Source: Chloroflexota bacterium
GTDB taxonomy: Bacteria; Chloroflexota; Anaerolineae; Anaerolineales; E44-bin32
DNA: 64,000 nt
Direction of reading: 5' to 3'
Assembly (NCBI GenBank): GCA_022561215.1
Contig: JADFRQ010000006.1
Location: forward strand, 14,626 to 78,625
Shown here: one piece after another, positions 18,464 to 28,696 of the stretch
How the letters are laid out: each line of letters opens with the position of its first letter
Numbering within the stretch: the stretch's first letter is position 1
Notes under the pieces: generated by a model
Databases searched by the model: none
Told to the model about the DNA's origin: nothing
What the model saw: the letters and a program-made list of their open reading frames with translations, nothing else
Made by a program: the position numbers and the translations under genes

Positions 18464-19980
18464 CCCCGTTCATCTCGAATGTAGATATACATACCCTTGC
18501 TGCCATACAACTCTGTAGGAATAATTTCAATCAGCTTGTACGATTCCTGAAAATTTCCTTCAGCCAGCAGTCCCTTCCTCCCGTAAATTTCTAAAATCAC
18601 GAGGTAATCAGGCTTTTTATCCAGAATTAGATCCGGAGCAATTGCATAATTAATTTCGTAAAAGGATTCCGGCAAAGGGTAATAAATCGCAACTTCGGGC
18701 GAGATCAGACCGACAGTATCCAGAATTTTCGCTTCGGAGAAGTAACCCAGGGCACCGATGTCACCTGCCGCAAGGGTTTCCGATGAACTTATTTTGCCCT
18801 GCAAGTTTCTTCCAATATCTTCGTAGATTAACTCTAATTCGATAAAGGCCATTTTGGGCGCTGGACGATTCGGGCCATGATCAGGTTTCAGCGTCCAGCC
18901 ATTCAGCGTGAGTAGGAAGGCCGCCGCTGCAAATACCCGGGAAATCGAAGAGCGCTTCACATCACGCGCAATACGTTCTACCCCAAGAAATATTCCCAGA
19001 AAATAGAAAGGGAGCGGGGGGGCAAGGTACCAGCGGAAGATTAATGGGTTGGCGATCGCAAATGCAATTAGGTAAATCCATGGATAAACTAGCATCGGCC
19101 AGGATCCTGGAAACTTACGGATTGTATGCAGAGCTCCCAGGCCAAAAAGAATAGGAAAGAGGAGGATGCCAACCCAAATCCAAACTGTACCGAAGGTCAG
19201 TTGACCGAGGAAGGGTGTTGAATAATGCTGCAAGAGCCGGATAAATGCTGCCTCCGCAGGTAGCTGATAAACAGCGACCTTGGCCGTGATGGACTGCGGA
19301 AGAGGGCTGCCAAAATAAATGGTTGAAAAAGCCGTCCAAATCAGTGTCGGGATAAAGAAGGCCAGCAGCTCAGAAGAGGATATCGGTTGCGGATGGGGAT
19401 TAAGACGCCTCGAAGGCACTATTCGTCTAATCCTTTCAATTGCAAGAGGAAGAAGGAAAAGGAGTGCGTCTGGACGCGTAAGCAAGCTCAAACTCGCTGC
19501 CAGCGCAGCGGGCACTGGTCTGCCTGCTGAATACAAGTAAAATGTGGCAACCATCAGCAGAATAAAAACACTGGTTTCCATCCCGCCGATTGCAAAGGTG
19601 ACCGACATTGGCGCGATTGCCCAGATCAGCGCGCTGGCAAGACCAGCATTTCTTCTGTTGAAAATCTGCCCAAGGTGTATGAGCACTATGCCGGTGAAGG
19701 CATCCGCAAACGCGTTGACCAACAGTGCAATCCATGGAAAGGGAGCATCGACACCACCGGCAAAACTGCCCAGAACGGTCATCAGGCCGGTGTAAAGTGG
19801 GGTCGTCGTCCCCAGCACTCTCTCGCCGAGGTTGTAGACCATTCCTTGTCCGTCCAGGATGTTACGGGCATATCGAAAGGTGATGTATGCGTCGTCGATG
19901 GTGCGTGGCCCGGGAAGTAGGCGAAACAGCAACGTCAGTAGAAATAGCATCCAGCCGAAATGTTTCCAGCGCAATATCAT
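18460..19980 (-). CDS. Polytopic membrane protein, GT-C-like; paralog of 28693-30156
   Basis: The first-loop motif is RTIDDAYITFRYARNILDGQG. The C-terminal soluble part, AAGDIGALGYFSEAKILDTVGLISPEV, matches AAHDIGALGYFGGREILDLAGLISPEV in the 28693-30156 gene. Confidence 0.5.
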   Translation of the reverse strand: MILRWKHFGWMLFLLTLLFRLLPGPRTIDDAYITFRYARNILDGQGMVYNLGERVLGTTTPLYTGLMTVLGSFAGGVDAPFPWIALLVNAFADAFTGIVLIHLGQIFNRRNAGLASALIWAIAPMSVTFAIGGMETSVFILLMVATFYLYSAGRPVPAALAASLSLLTRPDALLFLLPLAIERIRRIVPSRRLNPHPQPISSSELLAFFIPTLIWTAFSTIYFGSPLPQSITAKVAVYQLPAEAAFIRLLQHYSTPFLGQLTFGTVWIWVGILLFPILFGLGALHTIRKFPGSWPMLVYPWIYLIAFAIANPLIFRWYLAPPLPFYFLGIFLGVERIARDVKRSSISRVFAAAAFLLTLNGWTLKPDHGPNRPAPKMAFIELELIYEDIGRNLQGKISSSETLAAGDIGALGYFSEAKILDTVGLISPEVAIYYPLPESFYEINYAIAPDLILDKKPDYLVILEIYGRKGLLAEGNFQESYKLIEIIPTELYGSKGMYIYIRDERG

Positions 19981-19997
19981 AACCGGGGATTATACTG

Positions 19998-21638
19998 ATG
20001 CGCGATTTACTTCGAAAGTTTAGGCCTAATCCGGCCAACCGCTTTGCAGCCTCTGTTCTCTTGGTTGTGGTGGTTGCAACTGGTTACAAGATAATGCTCC
20101 TTGCGGCTGATGTTTTCCCATTTAACTCCGATGAAGCCGTGGTGGGATTGATGGCAAGACATATCCTCGCTGGAAAATGGCAAGTTTTCTTTTATGGTCA
20201 GGCATACATGGGAAGCCTTGATGCCACATTTGTCGCGCTTGGATTTTCCCTTTTCGGGTCTCAAACCGTCATTATTCGTGTCGTTCAGATCATTCTCTGG
20301 AGCGCTACCATCATCACGACGGCATTGCTGGGAAGGATGATATTCAATTCCGAACGCATCGGGCTTATCGCAGCCATTTTTCTCGCCATTCCTACCGTAA
20401 ACACCACCCTCTATACCTCAATCTCGCTCGGTGGATATGGTGAGGCATTGCTGATTGGAAATTTGCTCTTGATATCAGCTATCAAGGCCAGAAAGAGCGG
20501 CGAATTGAAATGGTATGGTCTGTGGGGATTTCTCGCAGGGCTTGGTTTGTGGGCGTTTGGTATCACCTTGGTATTTATTGTTCCAACTGCCATTTTGCTG
20601 GTGATCACACTATCTAAGATTCAGTCGGGACCTCAACGATGGCGACCTGTCGTCGCCAGTATGCTGGCAGCCGGAGTGGGTGGAAGCCCTTTGCTTGTGT
20701 GGGCATTTCAGAATAATGTCTCGCCACTTTTCGAAGAGCTTTTTGGATCAGCGATCACAGGAGCATCTTCAACCAATCTGATAATTTTCCTATTTGAACA
20801 CATTCGCAATATTGTCCTTCTTGGATCGACGGTAATTTTTGGGCTTCGCCCACCATGGGCAGTGGTTTGGTTAGCGCAGCCTTTGCTTTCATTTGCTTTC
20901 GCCTTTTGGGTATTTGTCATTGGTTATGCCTTTCTCCAGTTAAAGCGAAAAGACGAGGCTATGGAGGGACGCTGGTTATTGATGGGAGCTTCGGGATCTC
21001 TTTTTCTCGGGTTTATCTTCACACCATTCGGCGCAGATCCCTCTGGGCGCTATTTTCTCCCTTTTGTAGTTCCCATGGCATTATTCGCCGCAGAAACCAT
21101 AGAGTTAATTCGCCAAAAAGCATCCTCGGTCGTGTGGTCTCGAGTGATTCTGGGCCTCATTCTGGTATTTAATTTTTGGGGCACTGTGGAAGCAGCTTCG
21201 ACGAGGCCGCCAGGCATTACCACGCAGTTTGATTCAATAACCTGGCTTGATCATTCCTATGATAGCGAGCTCGTAAAATTTCTCACGGAGAAGGGCGAAT
21301 TTCGGGGGTACAGCAATTATTGGGTCGCTTATCCGCTGGCCTTTCAATCAAACGAGTCGCTCTTGTTTGTTCCAACGCTGCCCTACCATCAGGATTTTCG
21401 CTATACGCCAAGAGATAATCGTTATCTTCCCTACTACGAGCAGGTCGAATCCAGTGATCGCATTGCCTATATTTCGACAAATCATGCCGCCTTGAATGAG
21501 CTGTTGCGAGAAAAATTTTCGGAGGCAGAGGTAAGCTGGGAAGAAACTCAGATCGGCAATTACGTGATCTTTTACAATTTATCTGAACCCTTTCGGCCGG
21601 TTGGAATGGGTGAACTGAATTGGGCGGCCGAAGATTAA
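19998..21638 (+). CDS. Polytopic membrane protein, GT39/ArnT-like glycosyltransferase candidate
   Basis: 546 aa. The first loop is FPFNSDEAVVGLMARHILAGKW. About 12 TM segments are followed by a C-terminal soluble domain of about 150 aa. Confidence 0.5.
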   Translation: MRDLLRKFRPNPANRFAASVLLVVVVATGYKIMLLAADVFPFNSDEAVVGLMARHILAGKWQVFFYGQAYMGSLDATFVALGFSLFGSQTVIIRVVQIILWSATIITTALLGRMIFNSERIGLIAAIFLAIPTVNTTLYTSISLGGYGEALLIGNLLLISAIKARKSGELKWYGLWGFLAGLGLWAFGITLVFIVPTAILLVITLSKIQSGPQRWRPVVASMLAAGVGGSPLLVWAFQNNVSPLFEELFGSAITGASSTNLIIFLFEHIRNIVLLGSTVIFGLRPPWAVVWLAQPLLSFAFAFWVFVIGYAFLQLKRKDEAMEGRWLLMGASGSLFLGFIFTPFGADPSGRYFLPFVVPMALFAAETIELIRQKASSVVWSRVILGLILVFNFWGTVEAASTRPPGITTQFDSITWLDHSYDSELVKFLTEKGEFRGYSNYWVAYPLAFQSNESLLFVPTLPYHQDFRYTPRDNRYLPYYEQVESSDRIAYISTNHAALNELLREKFSEAEVSWEETQIGNYVIFYNLSEPFRPVGMGELNWAAED

Positions 21639-21719
21639 ATGATTGTGTTATCTGAATTATTAGTAGACCTATACACTCTGTAAGTTTAGGAAGGCTCTGT
21701 AGGAGTGCAGGAGTAGGAC

Positions 21720-23186
21720 TTGCGTTTTTCTCATTTAGTGCGCGCGCTGGCGATTTTGAGTATTCTCAGCATGTCGGTCAGTCCTTCCGCCGATACGGAT
21801 ACATGGTGGCACTTGCGCGCAGGAGAATTAATTATCGAGAGGGGGGAGATAATTCAGATCGATCCTTTTTCCTCAACCCAGCAAGGTGAGCAATGGATCT
21901 ATCCCGGCTGGCTATCCCAGGTTTTTCTCTCGCAACTGTTTGAGCAGTTCAGCTTTGCAGGATTGAACCTCGTTACCGGACTGAGCGTACTGGCTGCGTT
22001 TTTGTTTTTATGGTCCATCCTCGAGGGAAATGACATGCTGAAGGCATTTGTCCTGGTCCTTGCCGCGGCAGCATCCGGCGTCTATTGGTCAGCGCGGCCC
22101 CAGATTTTTACATTTTTATTTACGGGAATTGTTATTTTCTTGCTGGAGCGCGCCCGTAAAGGCAAGATTAAGTCGATTTGGGTGCTCCCAGTATTAAGTG
22201 CACTATGGGCCAATATCCACGGCGGCTTTGCCATAGGTTTCATTGCGCTATCTGCGTACATTCTGGCCGATCTGTTCGATATGGTCCTGTCGGCATTAAA
22301 TGATAGGCAACCGCTCATCAGGCATTGGAAAGATCATCAAGATTTCATCCGCACCTTGCTTCTGGTCGGGTTGGTTTCGGCCGCCGCGGTGAGCCTTAAC
22401 CCGCATGGACCCAAGATGCTGCTCTATCCATTCACTACGTTATCGATCGGCGCGCTTCGCGATTATATTGCCGAATGGCAATCCCCAAATTTTCATTCCC
22501 TGCAAACGCTTCCCTTCTTAATCATGTTCCTCTTAACGATGATTTCGATTGCCCTCTCGCGAAAAACGATCAAGTCCATCGATATCGTCATCCCCGTATT
22601 ATTTGGAATTATGAGTTTTACAGCCGCGCGCAATATTGGATTGTTTGCACTCAGTGCAGCTCCGGTATTGGCCAGACACGGGGATGATATCTTCGAGCGT
22701 CTGCTGGCATTGAGAAAACCCAGCAAACCCTTTCCCGAGAGAGTCGTGAAAATCCTAAACAATGGGTTGTTTGCGCTATTTTTCATCGCCACCCTGCTAA
22801 AAATCGTCACGGTGATGCCGGACGAAATGAATGTTGATCGACTAGCAACGCAAATTCCACTTGAGGCATTTGATTACATTGAAGAAAACGAACTGCCAGG
22901 ACCAATTTTTAATTCCTATAACTGGGGCGGCTATTTGATCTGGCGCCTTTTTCCCGATTATCTGAGTTATGTTGACGGCAGAACGGATTTATTTGGGGAC
23001 AGGATCTTGGATGTGTACCTTAACACCTGGCTTGCGAGACCCGGCTGGGAGGAGGAGTTGCGCGAGAGGGGCATTCTGCTGGTCCTGATTGAACCCGATG
23101 CTCCCCTGGCGCATGCCTTGGCGGGGAAGGGTTGGGAGCTCCAATTTCAAGATCCTCAATCTGTTGTATATTCACTGCCGCGATGA
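21720..23186 (+). CDS. Polytopic membrane protein, GT-C-like candidate
   Basis: 488 aa with a TTG start. The first loop is SADTDTWWHLRAGELIIERGE. Multiple TM segments are followed by a soluble C-terminal domain. Confidence 0.4.
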   Translation: MRFSHLVRALAILSILSMSVSPSADTDTWWHLRAGELIIERGEIIQIDPFSSTQQGEQWIYPGWLSQVFLSQLFEQFSFAGLNLVTGLSVLAAFLFLWSILEGNDMLKAFVLVLAAAASGVYWSARPQIFTFLFTGIVIFLLERARKGKIKSIWVLPVLSALWANIHGGFAIGFIALSAYILADLFDMVLSALNDRQPLIRHWKDHQDFIRTLLLVGLVSAAAVSLNPHGPKMLLYPFTTLSIGALRDYIAEWQSPNFHSLQTLPFLIMFLLTMISIALSRKTIKSIDIVIPVLFGIMSFTAARNIGLFALSAAPVLARHGDDIFERLLALRKPSKPFPERVVKILNNGLFALFFIATLLKIVTVMPDEMNVDRLATQIPLEAFDYIEENELPGPIFNSYNWGGYLIWRLFPDYLSYVDGRTDLFGDRILDVYLNTWLARPGWEEELRERGILLVLIEPDAPLAHALAGKGWELQFQDPQSVVYSLPR

Positions 23187-23528
23187 TGAAAATGAGGATG
23201 AAGACCATGCCATGCGAAAGTGGGGAGCGCAGGGGGTTTCGATGGTGGGAAAATGTTTGTTTGGTCCCCACCTGTCAATAAAGATCGGTTTTGACCTGCA
23301 GGGTTGCCGCGCGGCCATCGCGTCAGGGATGGTTCCCAAAAATACGCGCGGTGCAAAAAACCCTTCCGGAGTGTAAGTTCGACGAAAGGGAGAACCGGGG
23401 TGGTGAGTGATACCCTGATATTTGGAAAAGTTTTTATTTTTTCGCGATCCATTGAATTGAAGATAGCATGGGTAAGGGGGATCGAATGAATTATGTTATG
23501 GCTTGCCGGGAAGTTTTTGAGGTGCTGA

Positions 23529-24764
23529 TTGAATAGAACATTGCCGGGATGGTTGCGGGGATTATTTGTCGCGCTCGTTCCAGTTGTGCTTATATTGCTC
23601 ACCTATGCCAATTACGATTTTGTCGTTAAGTCGCCCGGAGGGAATGATTTTCTGGCACGTTGGATGGGAGCGAAAGCCTGGGTCCAAGATGGGATCAGCC
23701 CGTATGATCCATCGGTCAGCTTAGAAACTCAGGAAGTAATCTATGGAAGACCGGCACGCCCAGAAAGCGGCGAGGATATTGGGCATTTTGTTTACCCTCT
23801 TCCCTCCATGATCTTCTTTGCGCCATTCGGGTTATTGCCATTTCAACCTGCGCGCGCAATTTGGATGACTATTTTAGAAGTGGGCCTAATCCTGTTGAGC
23901 ATCCTTGGTTTCAGAATTGCAAAGTGGAATCCAGGACGCGGGCTGCTCATCCTGATCCTGCTATTTTCGTTGACGTGGTATCACGGGATTCGAGCCGTCA
24001 TCCTTGGGCAGTTCGCTATCATCGAAGCAATTCTAATGGTGGGAGCCCTGATCGCTATCCAGCGCAAAAATGACCTATTTGGCGGGCTTTTGCTGGCTCT
24101 ATCCATGGCAAAACCTCAAATGGCATTCTTGCTGATTCCTTTCGTGATTTTCTGGGCGATCTCGAGAAAGCGCTGGGGATTGGTCGCATCCATCATAGGA
24201 TTCAATATTCTTTTATTTGGCGGTTTCATGTTATTGATGCCCGATTGGCCTCTGCAATGGATTACACAAGTGATTGAATATCCTGCCTATTCACCGGCGA
24301 AACCGTTTGTTGCGATTATTGCAGATTTCTTTCCCGGAATTTCATCGGGTCTCAATCTTGGTTTGAGCATTCTTTTTATCGGCTATATGCTTTGGGAATG
24401 GGTGCTGGCCATGGCAAAAGATGATCGTTGGTTTCAATGGACGGCTGCCATAACGATTGTAATTACTAGCGCGGTCGTTCTGCGCACGGCAACAACAAAC
24501 TACCTGGCGATGGTTCCGGCGATGATGATAATCTTTTCGATTTGGGCGCAGCGATGGAAATTAAGAGGCGAGATAGGGGTAGCCGCAGCATTGATCCTGC
24601 TCTTCTTTGGCCTTTGGATTCTATTTATTCGAACGGTTAACGGAAATCTGGAAGATCCGGTCATGTATTTGCCGTTGCCGACAATGATGCTCCTCGGCCT
24701 TTGGTGGGTGCGCTGGTGGTTCATACGACCCGTAAGCTTGCCCTATGAAGATCGGTTCCAATAA
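23529..24764 (+). CDS. GT87/DUF2029-like membrane glycosyltransferase candidate
   Basis: 411 aa with a TTG start. GGNDFLARWMGAKAWVQDGISPYD resembles the D-F..Y/W....G..PY first-loop signature of the DUF2029 (PimE-like) family. It is highly hydrophobic throughout. Confidence 0.5.
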   Translation: MNRTLPGWLRGLFVALVPVVLILLTYANYDFVVKSPGGNDFLARWMGAKAWVQDGISPYDPSVSLETQEVIYGRPARPESGEDIGHFVYPLPSMIFFAPFGLLPFQPARAIWMTILEVGLILLSILGFRIAKWNPGRGLLILILLFSLTWYHGIRAVILGQFAIIEAILMVGALIAIQRKNDLFGGLLLALSMAKPQMAFLLIPFVIFWAISRKRWGLVASIIGFNILLFGGFMLLMPDWPLQWITQVIEYPAYSPAKPFVAIIADFFPGISSGLNLGLSILFIGYMLWEWVLAMAKDDRWFQWTAAITIVITSAVVLRTATTNYLAMVPAMMIIFSIWAQRWKLRGEIGVAAALILLFFGLWILFIRTVNGNLEDPVMYLPLPTMMLLGLWWVRWWFIRPVSLPYEDRFQ

Positions 24765-24772
24765 ATTCTATC

Positions 24773-26959
24773 ATGCCGGTCGTCCATGAAGTGGCGCCGG
24801 TTGGAATCAAAAACAAAACGTACAAAGGATCCAAAAACAAATCAATGGACGGAAACTTGGGTTCCCAGCCGAAGCAGACTCTTGAAAATTTCAGCGCGCA
24901 TAGAAAGGAAGCAATCGCGGCCATCAAAGCGTTTGCTTTTTTGGGTTGGGTTGCGGTGATCATGGCTGCCTACTATGTGGTGCATAAACCGAACATCGAA
25001 CTTGCCGCTCTCCAGGGGATGATTGACCTCTTGTTAGCCTCCAGCATCGCGGGGATTACGGGAGCCCTGGGTTACCGCATTCTTGGAACGCTAACCCGTC
25101 TCGGAGACTTGGAGCGGGCGGCGCTCCAGCTGGCAGTGGGTGCCGGAATCATGGGCCTTGTGATCCTTGCAATTGGGTTGTTGGGAATCCTGACGCCATG
25201 GATTGCCTGGCTGGGCTTAATCATCGGGTTGATTGCATTGCGGAAGGAAATTGCGGCATGGCTGGGCCAATTCAAAATATTGCAGTCACTCTATCAGCAA
25301 TCGGATATATTGGGGCGTTTTGCGGGGTGGATTTCAGCACTTGCGCTCGCAGCGAGCTTGACGTATGCTCTCGCGCCGGCCTTGAAGTGGGATAGTCTGG
25401 TTTATCACCTGGAACTCCCCAAACAATACCTCGATGCCGGGAGAATTTTATTCCTTGACGACAATTTTTTTTCCGGCTTCCCGCAATTGGCAGAAATGTT
25501 CTTCACGTGGAGCATGGCGCTTCGGTCGGGGACAACAGCCGCGGTAACAGGATGGATCTTTGGTATCGTGGCCATCCTTGGTGTTGGCGGATTTGCCGCC
25601 AGGATTGTTGGTAATCAATACGCACTTCTATCCCTGGCGATATTGCTGTCTGGGGAGAGCATTGCTCAGTCTCTCGGATGGGCCTATGTTGATGTCTGGG
25701 CAATGTTATTTGGCCTTTGCGTGATCATAACTCTGGATAGGTATACTTCTACCCGCAAAAGATTTTGGCTGGTGTGGGCGGGAATATTGACCGGCTTTGC
25801 GATGGGAACCAAATACCCAGCCTACATCCTGCTCGTTCTCGGCGCGGCGCTGCTCCTATTTGACCATTTCCTATCCCCATGGTTTTTATCATTTCTTGGT
25901 AAAGCATCTTCCAGTGAGAGCGCGCTCGAATCAGAAAAGGATCTTGGAAGAGGTCACTTTCTCTCGGATCTTTTGCCTTATGTCGGCCTGGCGTTGCTTT
26001 TTGCATTACCGTGGTTGGCGAGAAATTTTATAACAAGCGGCAATCCAGTTTCCCCGTTTTTCTTTCCTGATCGAGCAGTGGATGGCTTGCGCCAGAGTTT
26101 TTATAGTGGTCTGACCCCTGTCAGATCCCTGCTGGATGATTTGCTGCTGCCCTGGAATGCTACGGTATTGGGGATTGAGGGAGGGGTTGGCTTTAATACA
26201 AGCATTGGACCACTACTGCTGGCCCTCATTCCCGGCTTACTGCTTTACAAAGTCGGCACAAACCGAGCGCAGCTACGCAGCCTACTAGCACTTTGCATAT
26301 TCGCAGGTGGCGTTTGGATAATCTGGGCTGCGGGTACACATATTTCCGAGCCGTTAGCCAGCTCACGGCTGTATTTCTTTTCGTTTCCAGCGCTTGCAGT
26401 TTTGGCGGTGGCAGGATTCAGTTCGGCCATGAAGGTCAAAATTCTGAAAATACGAATCGGACGGGTAGCGGGTATTTTGATCGGATTGTCGTTGGGCCTG
26501 GGGTTGATCAACCAAGCAAGCGATTTTCGGGATAAGAATCCTCTGTCCGTGATCCTAGGATCAATTTCCCAGGAGACTTACTTGAACCAAAATCTGGGTT
26601 GGTATTTTCCTGTGATGCAGGCAGTCAATAATCTTCCGCAAACCTCTCGAACTCTATTCTTGTGGGAAGCGCGGGCATATTACTGCACACGGGATTGCAG
26701 CCCTGATGTTGTCCTGGATCGCTGGTGGCATTTGCGTAGAACGATTCCTGATCTGAGTGGTATCTCAAGCTGGATGAAGGACCAGGGCTACAGCCATGTG
26801 TTGGTCTACGATATTGGCGCTGAATTTGAGCGCCTAGAATCAGGTCTCTACGAAGAAGCCGATTGGCTCGATTTGCAGGAGTTTAGACAGGAGCATTTAA
26901 CCCTCTTGCAATCATTTGATGGAATTTACACGCTCTATCGTTTGACGGCATCGGAGTGA
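24773..26959 (+). CDS. Large polytopic membrane protein, GT-C-like candidate with C-terminal soluble domain
   Basis: 728 aa. About 4 extra N-terminal TM segments precede the loop motif LKWDSLVYHLELPKQYLDAGR. The C-terminal ~170 aa are soluble. Confidence 0.4.
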   Translation: MPVVHEVAPVGIKNKTYKGSKNKSMDGNLGSQPKQTLENFSAHRKEAIAAIKAFAFLGWVAVIMAAYYVVHKPNIELAALQGMIDLLLASSIAGITGALGYRILGTLTRLGDLERAALQLAVGAGIMGLVILAIGLLGILTPWIAWLGLIIGLIALRKEIAAWLGQFKILQSLYQQSDILGRFAGWISALALAASLTYALAPALKWDSLVYHLELPKQYLDAGRILFLDDNFFSGFPQLAEMFFTWSMALRSGTTAAVTGWIFGIVAILGVGGFAARIVGNQYALLSLAILLSGESIAQSLGWAYVDVWAMLFGLCVIITLDRYTSTRKRFWLVWAGILTGFAMGTKYPAYILLVLGAALLLFDHFLSPWFLSFLGKASSSESALESEKDLGRGHFLSDLLPYVGLALLFALPWLARNFITSGNPVSPFFFPDRAVDGLRQSFYSGLTPVRSLLDDLLLPWNATVLGIEGGVGFNTSIGPLLLALIPGLLLYKVGTNRAQLRSLLALCIFAGGVWIIWAAGTHISEPLASSRLYFFSFPALAVLAVAGFSSAMKVKILKIRIGRVAGILIGLSLGLGLINQASDFRDKNPLSVILGSISQETYLNQNLGWYFPVMQAVNNLPQTSRTLFLWEARAYYCTRDCSPDVVLDRWWHLRRTIPDLSGISSWMKDQGYSHVLVYDIGAEFERLESGLYEEADWLDLQEFRQEHLTLLQSFDGIYTLYRLTASE

Positions 26960-27124
26960 ATTCGATCCTAAACAATCCTTGTTTTGTTATGAAGATTGTT
27001 ATTGGATACTGCGCTATGCCTTCGACGGAATGGTTGGCTTAGCTACTGCTGATTGCGCCAAGATAAGAAGGCAATGCGGAGGGGTGATTTTTCCGAATGA
27101 AATATTTCCAGCGGGCTCTGAGGA

Positions 27125-28696
27125 ATGAGTAGAAAAAATCTACTTCTGCTTTTCATCTTAAGTCTATTTGTGGCCGCGAGCGCATCCATTTGGATTCGTG
27201 TGCCCGGCTACATGGATGCAGAATATTATTTCGCGACCGCGGATCAATTGGTGGAAGGCAACGGATTTTCCGAGCCATTCCTTTGGAATTATCTTAATCC
27301 TCCGGATAGCTTGCCGCATGCTTCGCACCAATATTGGATGCCCTTAACGAGCATAATCGCCGCTTTCTCCATGGCGATATTTGGCGAAACTTTTCGTGAT
27401 GCACAGCGTGTGTTTATCCTCATTACGGCAGCCATTCCGCTCCTGACGGCGATGGCCGCGTATCATATTCACGAGGATTCAAGATTCGCGCTGCATGCTG
27501 GCCTGTTGGCGATTGGTTCAGGATTTTTCCTCCCTTTCTTGCTGACCACAGACAGCTTTGCTCCCTACATGGTAATTGGATCCCTCATCTTGCTATGTAC
27601 TGCAAGAGCTGTACAAACACCTAAACTCCCTCTTTGGCTTTTGGTAGGTGGCTTAATAGGATTGGCGCATCTAACTCGCGCCGATGGCATCTTGCTGCTT
27701 GGGGTTGCTCTTCTTGCCATTTGGTCGTCGCAAGTTTCTCGCTTGCAATCAACCCTGATTCTTCTGCTAGGCTATGGCGTCTTAATGCTTCCCTGGTGGG
27801 TGCAAAGTTTTGCGGCGACAGGTTCTTTCTTATCGCCCAATGCGAGCCGTGTTTTGTGGCTGCTATCTTACGATGAGCTTTTCGCACATCCGGCGGCGCA
27901 ATTAACCCCACAACGTTGGTTGGGCGCCGGATGGGTGACGTTATTGACGACTCGAATTGATTCGCTGCTAAAAGATTTGCAAAATTTAATCGGCGTCAAT
28001 GGACTGATTTTCCTGGGTCCGATGATGGCAGTTGGGGGATACGTGCATCGCCATAAGCCCATAGTACGGATTGCCTTCTCCTACTTGCTTATTCTCCTGC
28101 TCGTGATGAGTTTCATATTTCCGTATGCGGGGTCGCGCGGAGGGTTTTTTCATTCTGCAAGCGCACTGATGCCCATTTTATGGGCACTTGCTCCGCTGGG
28201 TCTTCACGAAATGATTAAATTTGGAGTGAGGAAGAGAAATTGGGATCGAGAAAGTGCGCAAAGGGTTTTTGGCACGGCGATGATCATTCTGGCCGGATTG
28301 ATCACCCTGGGTCTGTATACTGTGCGAGTCACAGGGTCCAATCCTCAAACACCAAAATGGAGTGCAACCCATCGGGTGCATGTGCAGGTTGGCGAGTGGA
28401 TGGCCGCGCACGCTGGGCCGGGCGAATTGGTGGCGATTAATAATCCCCCTGGTTTCTACACAGCTGCTCGTCTACCCTCGATCGTGATCCCTGATGGAGG
28501 AGAACAGCAATTGAAGTCCGTTGTAGAAAAATACGATGTTGCATGGGTAGTTCTCGATCAAAACAATCCGGGATTGCGCACGCTTTATGAAAATCCAGAT
28601 GCCGCTGACTGGCTGATTCTAGAAGCTCAGCTTGAGCCGCTACAGGGATCAAAGGTGTTAATTTTTCGTGTTGATCCTCGGGTGGGCGATTCATGA
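27125..28696 (+). CDS. Polytopic membrane protein, GT39/ArnT-like candidate
   Basis: 523 aa. The first loop is GYMDAEYYFATADQLVEGNGFSEPFLWNY. Many TM segments are followed by a soluble C-terminus. Confidence 0.45.
   Translation: MSRKNLLLLFILSLFVAASASIWIRVPGYMDAEYYFATADQLVEGNGFSEPFLWNYLNPPDSLPHASHQYWMPLTSIIAAFSMAIFGETFRDAQRVFILITAAIPLLTAMAAYHIHEDSRFALHAGLLAIGSGFFLPFLLTTDSFAPYMVIGSLILLCTARAVQTPKLPLWLLVGGLIGLAHLTRADGILLLGVALLAIWSSQVSRLQSTLILLLGYGVLMLPWWVQSFAATGSFLSPNASRVLWLLSYDELFAHPAAQLTPQRWLGAGWVTLLTTRIDSLLKDLQNLIGVNGLIFLGPMMAVGGYVHRHKPIVRIAFSYLLILLLVMSFIFPYAGSRGGFFHSASALMPILWALAPLGLHEMIKFGVRKRNWDRESAQRVFGTAMIILAGLITLGLYTVRVTGSNPQTPKWSATHRVHVQVGEWMAAHAGPGELVAINNPPGFYTAARLPSIVIPDGGEQQLKSVVEKYDVAWVVLDQNNPGLRTLYENPDAADWLILEAQLEPLQGSKVLIFRVDPRVGDS

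Noticed and set aside
23187-23528. A 342-bp gap inside the GT-C island, with overlapping ORFs at 23089-23376 (+) and 23156-23602 (-, 148 aa).
   Set aside because: Both ORFs overlap the flanking real genes. Their composition is biased, with His/Pro/Asn-rich stretches, and neither has an RBS. The gap is more likely an internal promoter or spacer region of the island.
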